From Lophium mytilinum (Eukaryota), in contig MU004186.1 in NCBI GenBank assembly GCA_010093605.1, forward strand, positions 141,765 to 205,764: 64,000 bases of DNA, given 5' to 3'. Positions 13,877-26,100 of this stretch are shown here, in pieces. Below the pieces are notes generated by a model. The model was given only the letters and a program-made list of their open reading frames with translations. It was not told where the DNA came from and made no database searches. The position numbers were made by a program, and so were the translations under genes. Numbering within the stretch: the stretch's first letter is position 1; every line of letters begins with the position of its first letter.

Positions 13877-15131
13877 CAGACAGCGCAAGAGTGTGACGGA
13901 TTCGGTTGTTCCCCATGGACGTGGAACGATATCACGAATTTTCTTAGTCAGGATGACGCTGTAAACGGCCTGCTATTGATTAGGACGAAGTTGAGCGGAG
14001 GGGTACGATGCACAGCCTGCAGGATGCCTCAAGAGTTCGCGAGTCATTTTCAACGCGGTCTTTGTTTTCAAGTCTCGGTGCGACAATTGGCGAGCGTACG
14101 TCGGTTCTTGCGCTGCCTGGCTGCATTTTTCCCGGGACGGCTTTGCTCGTGCTGCATTTTCGTCGGCGATTCTTGCATGTTATTTTCAAACATGGCGTTT
14201 TGGGCGGGCAGGTGCTCTGGGTTCTCGGGTCATCTCTTTCCTACTTATCTGGCTCCGTCCAATAGACTGGTTGTAATTGTGCGTTTCTGCTGTCCGGTCT
14301 TCTCCTCTCCAGATGTGTCTTTGCGCCTTCTGCCGAAGCCCTTTTCTTCGCCTTCATCTACGGTCTAGGGAAGGAAAAAGTTGGTCCGGGGCGCGTGTGT
14401 GTCTTTCTTGAGCTCTTTCCTAGGGGCTAGTCTTGTGCTCACCCGCAGGTCCTAGTCGATTTCCGTACATATGTGGTGGCCCGGTGCGGCGACCAGCGAA
14501 TTCAGAGTATCTCGACATCTTTATCATTTGCGCTAGAGCTCCTTGCTTGTGTTTCTTTCCTTGCTCTTTCTTCTGCCGTCGGTCTGGGCTCAGGGTACAT
14601 GGGACCTCTAGGCCGAGGTTTCCGGGTCGGTTTCGAACGCGTGCGTGGTCGATTTGTTTCTCTGGGAGGAATAGACGTCGTGCGGGTGGTCCTCGGGCTG
14701 ACCTAAGAACAATGCAAAAACATTCGAATAAACAACACTGCCTGATGATGCCCACCGTGAAATATATAAACAACCTGAACACGCGAGTCAAAGCAGCTGA
14801 AAGCACGCGCATGATGTGGCCTCGTGGCATCCCAAGCGTGGAAGAGTCGGTGACCCCAAACATGCCATGGCTGTCCTCGGCCCGCACCGCGTTACCGAAT
14901 CGGCAGCATCTTTAGCTTCCAACCCTCACAATTGGACTCGACAGCCTGCAGCCGACTCCACCACGGCCAGCGCGACACCGCTTCCATCCCAACGCGCCTC
15001 CATCCAGGAACCAACCCGCGAACTCCACGCGCCGCCTGCATATACTCCCCCCCATCCACGCAACCACTCACCCTCTCCAGCACCAGCACGATCACCAGCT
15101 AGCAGCCAGCCAGCCAGCACCGCAAACGCAA

Positions 15132-16108
<977 letters not shown>

Positions 16109-16855
16109 GCCCGGGACATCCAGGACACTTCACACCCTCCCACTACACACCTTTCACTTCGATCTCTGCTCTTGTCCATTAGGAGGACTTCTATACTTGG
16201 TGCACGCTCTTCTTTATTTGAGAGTCTGTTTGGGTGATTTACAGGCAAACGCGTTTTTGGAGGCTTGCGTAGATGATGTTCTGCTTCATATACCCCCGAG
16301 TTCATTCTACATCCTTCATCCACAAGTCATTGTATGCTAGAAAAGTGAGTCTACGTTGGTGACTGAATCTCTGACAACTCATCCTTATAATCTGATGTCA
16401 CGCTATGTATCATGCTTCATAAAGTGGTGACACATAAATGCAGATTCTGCCTCCTACAAGACGTGAGATGCAGTCTATTATGTATGCCTGGGGAGGACTA
16501 CTATTAGCGATGATAGGAAGGTGTGGATTGGCTGGACTTGTGACTTGGAGTACTGTATATGTTGTTTCACAGTTCGAGTGCCACTCTTGCATGCTCGATA
16601 ACACTACTAGGAGGACCATAGCTTGCAGTTATGTACCTAGTCAGTTAAGAGGCATTCTGGTCTCTACCGCTTCTAAACTTGACGTCGTGTCTAAATGTTA
16701 TAGAAGTAACTGCATGTACAGACCACTATTGGAGCTCTAATCTTCAACACTTACTACCACTGTCCCAAGTGTCTCAGCGTACAGGTAGCTAGCCAATTAA
16801 ATGACGTCTGATTCAAAGCTTCATAAACTCATAGCTACACCCACTACCTCCCCTC

Positions 16856-19800
16856 TCACACCGGCTTCGTCCAATTCCCTGGAAACAGCCCCTTCGCACC
16901 CGCATAACACCCCCAGAACCAATCCCCATTAATATCCTCCGCCTCCCTCACCTCCGCAAACTTCGGAAACATCAACTCATCCACCACCCCCTCGCGCGGG
17001 AACCTCGCCCACAGCGCCACTACCCGCATCCCGACGCCCCCATCCGGCGGAAACCTCCCCGGCGTCCCCAGCCCCAGCTTCGACCCCCCTCCTCCTCCAC
17101 CACCCCCTCCACCCCTACTCTTCCGCACCGTCCCATCCACATCCTTCCAGCTCCAATTCGGCGTCTCCCCGACATCCGCATTCGCCCCCCGCGTCCGCAC
17201 CGCCTGGCTATCCAGCCCGTCCTCGTCCCGCAGCGCCAGCCCGCCCACCAGATCCCGCGACACGACGCGCCGCTGCCCGCCATCCCGGTCCTCGAAGCCC
17301 ACGACCACCATGCGGTGCCCGCGCAGGCAGCGCCGCCAGCCCTGGTGGCCGTTCTCAGCGGATATGCGGCCGGCGGACACGAGGCCGTGGTAGCAGGGCG
17401 TGCAGATGTCGTAGTCGCCGCCCGTGCAGCGCGGGCAGTGGAAGCGGGTGTGCGAGGGCGGGATCGGGTAGGTGCAGATGTCGCAGCAGGTGCTGAAGGT
17501 GAGCGGGCGGTAGAGTTGGTTGGCGAGCGGGGTGGTGCCGGGGCCGCGGATGAGGGAGGCGGATTTCGGGGTTAGAGGGGGTGTGGAGGGGGTTGGGGGC
17601 GGTTGGAGGCTGGGTGTGGACGGGGCGGAGGTTGTGATGGAGGCCGGTTTGGGGGTGGGGTTGTGGGAGAGGGGGAGGAGGGGGTGCGTGCAGTGCCGGC
17701 CTTGGTTGACGCAGTCGTTGCAGAAGCCCCAGCCGCCTTCGTTGCAGATGTCGCATTTCCAGTAGCAGGATGAGGCGAAGGCGGAGCACATGTCGCAGAA
17801 GACGCCGGATTCGAGGCGGCGTGCTGGGTCTTGGTCCGTTGTAGTGGGTCGAGGTTCCGCGGGGAGGTTGGAAGGTCTTTTATATCTATGGCCTACGAGG
17901 ACGTGAGGTTGTTCGTTGTTGGCAGGGTGGCCTCCGGGAGGAGCTTTTTGTTCGTAATTCCTCCAGGCCGCGTACCCAAAGCCGAACCAGTGCTTGCAGC
18001 CTTTGCTCAATCTATAGCAGTCCAGACAGATGTTGTAATTACCATTGTCGCATAGTGCGCAGTTGTAGTGGAGGTCATACTCAATGTGTGTTTTGCCACA
18101 TCGATTGCAAATTATGTTTGGCTCTGAGAATAGGGTGGGAGGTGCAGCTGGAGCTGTGGTGGCCCCAGTGGACGTTGCCGGTCTTGAGTCGGCGGCAGAA
18201 GGCTCGGTAGTCGCCCGCGGTACCCCAAAAGCAGGGGAGCTGTTGATTGTAGGCTGAGATGGTCTTGCATGCGTTGGGTCCGTGGTTCGACGAGATGAGG
18301 AGTTGGGCGATGGGTTCATGAGGGCTGAGGGAGGAAGACTCGACAATGGACTTTCTGTGTTTACGTTGAAGGCCGACCGCCTTGGAGAATTGGGATTAGA
18401 TGACGAAGTATGAGTGTTGAGACTACTGCGGAATTGCCTTGCCTCTGGGTCGGTAGTGCTCCGGTCATTCTGGGACAAACGTCGTCTCCGAATAGAGCTG
18501 GCCACAGATGGAGGAGGGGGAGCATTTAGTTCACCAGCAGAGCGGGCAGCTTGACTCGAAGATGTCACAGATAGGGAGTTGAGCGCATCTACCCGAGGAG
18601 CTGAACGAGTGCTGCCTTGACTGGAAGATCTGCGATGATGTGCCCGACCATTGTTGTTCGCGGCATCAATTAGACCAGGACGGGATACTGGAGGGCGTGA
18701 CGAGTTCGGGGATGGCAAGGCGAGCACGGCGCTCTCCGACCGGCCATGAGGCCTCCTGCGTGCTTGGTCTCCATCAACTCGTATTGGCTGAGGGGCAGAG
18801 GCTCTCGAGGAGCTTCGGCTGTCGCGACTTGCGGGTGATGGGAGAGTCGCTGGTGGGGATGGGAGGGCCGTTTCGACTCGACCCTCTCCTGTCTGGCGGT
18901 CTTCCCGCTCTGTTCTCTGCTGCTGTCTTTCTCTCTGCCGTCTCCGGTATGCCTGAGCTATTCTCTCGCTGATCTCATCTTCTTGAGCCACGTCGATATT
19001 GGCGAGATCGATGCCGTCCAGGAGCCCCTCCTCCATAATCTGCCTCATAATCTCCTCTTCCATCTCTTGCGAGTCTAGATCTGAGGCGCTGAGAAGGGAT
19101 CTGAGGCTTGACTGGTGTTCAACGTGCCGCGCGGGTACATGAGAGGACCTCGGAGGCTCAGGCGGATTCCTGCTCGAGTCTCTCGTTCTTGGCCTCCGCC
19201 CATCCGGATCCCTGGAATCGCGACTTCTTTCCCTGCTACGCTCCCTTCTCCTACGCTCCCTGGGAGCTTCTAGCCCACCGCTTGAGAACCCTGCCTCCCT
19301 CAAACTAAGCTGCTGGGCCTCCGCTATCAATCTACGCTCTTCGTCCGCACCAGGGTCTTCTCGCTTTCTGAGTTTTGGTAACACATTCTCCCCAGGTTTG
19401 TACTTCTTATCCTGATCATCCTTATCCTGCTGCGACTTTCCACGGTCTGGATGCGCTTGCAGATACATGTCTAGGAGTGTTGTAACGGAGGCATTGTGGC
19501 GCGTGTCCCGCACCGAGGCCCGACATGACGGGCAGGTATACGGATGAATCGAAGTCGCAGATGAAGCCTGGAAATGGAACCATTCTTTCAAACACGCGCC
19601 GCAGAAGGTATGGAGGCAGTCGAGGAGGGTGAGGGGTTGGTAGAGGACGTCTGTACATATCTGTAAATCGCATTAGTAGGACCCTGGGAACGACAGCGGA
19701 GCACCGAACACCACCAAAAGAGGGCCCAGCACAACAGAGAAGCTTTCGCGTGATGATTATCGTGTCTCGCCCTCCGCTAAGACACGATCTCCTGCTTCTG

Positions 19801-19924
19801 TATTGAACCAGGCTGTTGCTCCACTCCCTCATGACGTTGATGTGCCCCTCTACACAGACCAACTTACCGAACAGCTCAGTTCCTTCTCCAGATCCATCAT
19901 CCCGGACTTTTCTTCCTCGGCCAT
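16856..19924 (-). CDS. RING-finger E3-ligase-like protein with ZZ-type zinc fingers and a C-terminal SH3-like domain; complement(join(16856..19660,19868..19924))
   Basis: Spliced N-terminus MAEEEKSGMMDLEKELSCS|ICTDVLYQPLTLLDCLHTFCGACLKEWF...CPSCR (C3HC4 RING). Three Cys-rich ZZ-like repeats; C-terminal ELMFPKFAEV...GDWFWGCYAGAKGLFPGN (SH3 signature). Confidence 0.88.
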
Positions 19925-20162
19925 GGTGCCTCTCGCTCGCCCGTTGTCAGCAGTCCCGTCGATCTGTGGACTTGTGGTAGGGGAGGGAAATCGGGGATGT
20001 TCCCAGCGCCGTCAGTCAGCCATCTCAGAACAGGACGCCATCAGCTTGGCGATTGGGTGGACGTCGTTGCGGTGAGCGGAAGCCTTCCATCGCCACGTAT
20101 ACGCCATCAACCTGACGACAACATTATTTGGGGTACCTTTATGGACATTTAAAACTAATAGT

Positions 20163-23100
20163 ACGATGTAAAGGTGAATACTGCCCATGTTAGACTGCCC
20201 TCTGGCTGAAAGACTTCCTGCTAGCTGGGCTTCTCCGGACGGTAGCATCAAGCGAGCAAGAGCGTAGCTTGGGCAGTAGTGTATCAGTGTGCCCTGAGGT
20301 ATTACTTATTCTACATCATAACATGGAGAAGAAAAAATAGACGCTCAATTCACAGTCCCGAGTCCTTTACATCATCATGCGAGATTTATATAATCCCAGG
20401 AGACCCTTCACAGTACCACTAGACTAGCAGTTGACTAGACACATCTACTCATCTCGAAATGTTCTATAATCATGATGCTGGAGGGTATGTAAGGGTTGAT
20501 GCGGCTCGAATGAGGTATCCTTCTGACTCATCGAGTAGCTGATACCTAGGCTATTCCTTACAGTATCGCAAAGCCAGCAAACGGAGGAGCTACGCTGTAG
20601 TTTATCTACGCGCATAAACCCATAACATAGTTTGTACTACGAGTCGGAAGCAGAATCCAAGATGTTTCATTTGCAGTATCAAGCTTTTCACATCGCTATG
20701 CAGGATTTCAGATATACTCAGGAGACCCTTTCAAGGTCCACCTTATTGTCAAGCAACTATCCAAAGCTACTCGATTCTTACTACTCCACGTCCTCGAGCA
20801 CAGGCTCAGAACTAAGAGATAATAGCTGAGGAGGTGCGGCACTGCAATTATTCTTGACCGTCTCCGATACCAGTTGACCTGCTGAAGAAAAATATGTAAA
20901 GAACTATACCGCGAAAATGGGATGATCTTTTGACCTAATGGCTACCGCCTAGCTAGCCTTAGGTTACCTGCTTCTGCAGCGACGAGTTCTTCGATCTGAA
21001 GCTCAATATTCTCTCCGTCGTCTTCAGAATCGACGTCCCCCTCGAAGTCAGTTTCAGAATCAGAGTTGTCATCCTCAGAACCATCTCCGGAATCAGGGTC
21101 GTCATCGTTGTAATGCCGAGAACTGATTGAGTCGAGCCTCAAGTACCATTATCAGATCCCTCGTCTCTTTCTCATCAGCAAACGCTTAAAATAGGCTAAT
21201 GTTTCCGAGTTCCCACAGGTCTGAGCGGAGCAGAGCCACCGGGGATCCAATCAATGCCTAAAGATTGGCGCGACGTATATCAGACTGCCTCTTGACGGAA
21301 ATGTCACTTACCAATCAGGCGTCTCCTTACAGTCGTGTTGAGCAAGCAAAGGAAACACCTATGGGCTGTGTATTGGAGCCACGACCTTCGACGCATGCTT
21401 GACATCAACTCGTGGGGATAAGTAGGCTGTGGCACCGCAAAGAGTCCTAACGCTCTCCTGGACTATCTACGAGCTGAAGAGCGAGATGTAAAGGTTCGCG
21501 CGATGGATGTTAGGCTGCCTTTTGACGAGACGGTCACTTGCTAATTAAGCTACTCCTTACAGTGGGATTGAGCGTGCAAAGAAAACACCTAGGGCTACCT
21601 ATTGGAGTCGTGGGTCGAACGCGCACTTAGCATTAGGTCGTAAAGACATGTGAGCTGCGGCACCGCAAAATGTCTTCAAGGTCTCCTGCACTATCTGGCG
21701 TGCTAAAGATTAGGATGCAAAGATGCGTGCGTCGTAGTTCTGGCTGCATTTTGGCCCGAGGGCTACCGTACAGCTAGGAGACTCCTTACATTGGTGTTGA
21801 GTTCGCAATTGTAACGCCCCAGAAGCCGTTTCTTGGACTCAGCTGCCACCGTAAGGCAAGCTTGATATCAAACCGTACAGAAGAATGTTTTGCAGCATGG
21901 CGAACAGTAATAAGGGTCTTTTGCGCTTCCTAATTTGCCGAAAAGCAGAACGTAAAGATTTATACAGTCCATATCAGACTACATTTTGGCGGGCCGGCAA
22001 CTTGCTGACTGAGCTGTTCCTTACGGTGGTATAAAGCATGCAAAACCAACGCCTAGGAGTTATATATTGGAATTGTGCTGCGATATTTCATGCCTGATTG
22101 AATTTGAACTAGAAGGATGAATGGACGGCGGCACCACGAACCGTCTCGAGAGTCTCCTGGACTGATTGATACAGCGACGAGCAGGATGTAAAGGTTCCCG
22201 TTGTGCATACCACACTTCTTTTTGACTAAACATCTGCCTACTTCTTAGGCGACCCCTCACAGCGGCGTTTAGCATGCAAAGTCAAGACCTGATAGTGACT
22301 GATTCGGCTGCACAGACGTGCTATCACTCAAACCCGATTTAAGAGTATACACAGTAAGAATTTGACTCCCTCTATACCAAGCAACTAGGTGCTAGCTGGG
22401 GTGCTCCTCACGGTGGCATCAAGCGTATAAAAGTAACGCTCAGCAGCGATACATCCGAGCGCTTGGTCGTGAGCTTACTTGGAGACAAGTCGAAGGTTCG
22501 CAGACTGCATATCATAGTTCATTTTGGCAACCTATTCACCTGCTGACTGGAGTACTCCTTACGGTGGTGTTGAGCTTGCAAAGGTATAAGACAGCGGCGG
22601 TACATTCGTGTGCTTGGATGAAGAGCTTCTTAGATACGATGTAAAGGTTGGTAGACTTCATATTACACCTCCTTTTGGCAAACCGGCTACCAACTATCTA
22701 AGCTACTCCTTACGGTAGTATCGACCCCTCAAAGGCAACGCCAAACAAGACAGCTTTGTGGTCGTTGCTATACGAATGCTAGGGCACGATGTAGAGGCCG
22801 GAAGACTTTATATCATATTTCCCTTTGGCAACCCAGCTACATACTAGCTAAGCCACTCCCTACAGTGGTATCAACCTTGCAATTCTAACGCCGAGGAACG
22901 ACGCATTTTTGACCTCTGCCCTAGGAATGCTGGAAAACGATGTTGAGATTGGTAGAATGCATATCATACATCCTTTTGGCAAACCAGCTACCCACGTGCT
23001 AAGCCACTCCTTACGGTGGTAGCAAACGTGCAAATATAGCACCGAGCAACGACATATTCGTGGCGCTTGCCTTAACACTACTCAAATGCAATGTAAGAGT

Positions 23101-26100
23101 CGACAAAGTGTATATCGTACTCCCTTTAAGCAACATAGCTACCTCCTAGCCAAGGCTATCCTCACGGTGGTTTTCAACGTGCAAAGGACACACGCGTCAG
23201 TAATACATCGGCATCTCCAAGTCTACATCTGCTTCAAGAGGATGTAGCAAAGAATGCGGTGGGAATTAGAGTACTCTTTGCTTAATCGGGAGCTATCTAG
23301 TTCGGCCGCTTCTTACGGCGGCGGAAAGCTAGCAAGAGAGCAGCGAGGCCTGTCCTTTTCGTAGGTCTATACCTAAGACTTTTCCCGCCACCATTGAATG
23401 ACCGGGGCTGCGGAAATAGACATCCTCTTGCACGAGCAACCACATGCCAGCCGAGCCACTCCCTACGGTGGGGTCTAACGTGCAAAGGTAGCGCCCAACG
23501 CCGCAAATTCGCATGCCCAGCTTTTCAATCGCAAGGACACGACGTAGTAGCTGATGCACTGGATATGAAATATCCATTTTACCGAAAGATTGCCGGCCAG
23601 CTAAGCAACTCCGTACAGTAGTATAAAGCGTACAGGATTTAGAGCTAGCAGGGAGATATTGGAATGCTCTAGAAAATTTGAACCGAATCTAATATGAAGA
23701 TTGAGGTAGTTGACATCAGGCACCCTTTTGACCAAGCGATTACCGGTTAGCTGAGCCGCTCGTCACAGTGGTGTTGGCCGTGCAGGAATACAGCATAACC
23801 AGAGAGATATAGGAGACCGTTAGAAAGTCCAAAGCAAATACACCGTGAAGGTTCGGGTAGTAGATATCAGACACCCTTTTAACCAAACGACGACCTACCA
23901 GCTGGGCCACTCCTTACAGTGGTGTTAAGCATACAAGATTGTAGCATAAGCAGATGAATATGGGGGGCTTTTCGAAATCATGAACTGACGGGAAGTAAAG
24001 GTTGGCGCAGTGGACATCAGGCTTCCTCTTGACCGAACAATTACCTGTTAGCTGAGCTGCTCCTTACAGCGGTAATGAGCCGTCAAGAACATAGCCTAAG
24101 CGGAGGGATATCGTGAGTCTTTAGAAAAGATAAACCGACGTGATGTAAAGGTTCGGGGAATCGACATCAGGCTTGCTTTTGACTGAAAACCTACTTGCTA
24201 GCGGATTCGCTCTTTACAGCGGCATTGAGCATGCAAGAATGTAGTCTAAGCAGAGTGATACCAGGGATCTCTGAAAAATTGAAGACGATATGATGTCAAA
24301 GGTCGAGGCCTTGGAATCCAGCATAGCGTTTGACCAGCTAGCTCTGTGCCTACCAAGCTACTCCAAACGGAGCTATCAAACGATCAAGAACCTCCCCAGA
24401 TGCGACGAATATCGGAGCCCTTCGAATAGAAGGTCGCGATGTGATGCAAGAGATGAGACCGCGGAAGTCAGCTTACCTTCGGAACAGCCAGCTACGTGCT
24501 CGGCGGGCTAAGCCAGACAGTGCTATTGAACTAGCAAGAGACTCCCTCGAGGTGACGGATAACGGGGGTCATTGAAAAAGAGACTCAAAACATGATGTAA
24601 GAGTGGAGGCCGTGGAACTCAGCTTACCATTCGAACAGCCAGCTACGTGCTTACTGGGCTCCTCCACACGATACCATCAAACGAGAAAACCCCTCCCCCG
24701 ATGCGACAAACATCAGAGGTTATTGAAGAGAAGATTAGTAGGTGATGTAAATTGGCGAGGCAGCGGAAATTTGACTGCGTTCTGACTACCCAGTCATATA
24801 CCCGCCAGGCTAATCCTGACAGTGCTCTGAAAAGAGCAAAAAGGTTTCCTAATACGACTGATATTAGGACACATCAACAAAATCATGAGAGGTACGATGT
24901 CACGGTCAGAGCTGTGCACATTGAACTTCCTCTTGGCCCACTGGCTAGCCGCTTGCTTGGCCACTTCACACAGTGCTATCAAACGAGCAAGAACAAACTC
25001 CAGCACGAGTTATCTCTGACTATATCAGAAAATCGAGACTTTCACGATGTCACGGTTGGAGCCATCGAGATCGGACTTCCTTTCGGCTGGCTAGCTCATC
25101 GATAGCTGAGCTACTTCTTACGGTGCTATTAAACGAGCAAGCTTGTTCCCCAATACTACGGATATCTAGGTACCTAGGAAAACCTCACAATAGTAGAATG
25201 CTAAAGTCAAAGCAGTCGATATTGAACATCGTTTTGGCTAGCAAGGTCATCGTTGGCTAGGTTACTTCTTACAGTGCCATCATACGAGCAAGAGAATTCG
25301 ACGATGCTACGGATATCGAGATACCTGGGAATGCCTGTACTGATGGCATCCTATAGTTGAAGCAGTCGAGATGTGGCTACCTTTAGCCGGCTAGCTACTT
25401 GCTGGCTGAGCCACCCCTTACAGTGGCAACGGGCGTGGAGAAGTATGGCACGCGATGTAAAGGTTGATACAGTGGGAATCGGTCCAACTTTTGGCCAGCC
25501 AGCTACCTATCATCTAGACCACCCCTTACAGCGGTGACAAGCGTACAAAAGTATAATACTCGATGTAAAGGCAACTACACTAGAAATTAGACTATGTTTT
25601 GGCCGCCCAGCTAAGACCTAGCTAGGCTACCCCTTACAGCGGTGACGAGTGTATAGAAGTATAGCAAACGATGTAAATATAACAGTGTGAGAATCGCACT
25701 ACCTTTTGGCCAGCCGCTTACCAACTATCTGAGATACTCCTTACGTTGGCGACGAACGTCTAAAGCCACAGCACAGAATACAAAGGGCAACACGGTGGAT
25801 AACAGACTATCTTTGAGCTAGCGAGCTACCTACCACCGGGGATACTCCTCACGGCGGTAACAAGCGGATAAAAGTACACTGCACGATGTAAAAGCTAACA
25901 CCGTGGGAACTGAATCACCCTTTAGACGGCTATTCACTTAAAAGCTGGGCCACTCTGTACAGTGCTTTTCAGGGTGCAAAGGACAGATCACGATGTTGAA
26001 TTCGACGCGGCGGCAATTGAACTTCCTTTTGGCAGGTCTCCCACCTGATACTGAGGCTGCTCCTTACGTTGCTTTCAGGAGTGCAAAGTGCAGATCACGA

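Noticed and set aside
23830..23930. Ankyrin-repeat gene on the minus strand (TPL*GVA...LVKRVSDIYYPNLHG)
   Set aside because: The spacing is 4 residues short of the ankyrin consensus, a stop is the usual fourth codon, and the periods are not 99 bp.
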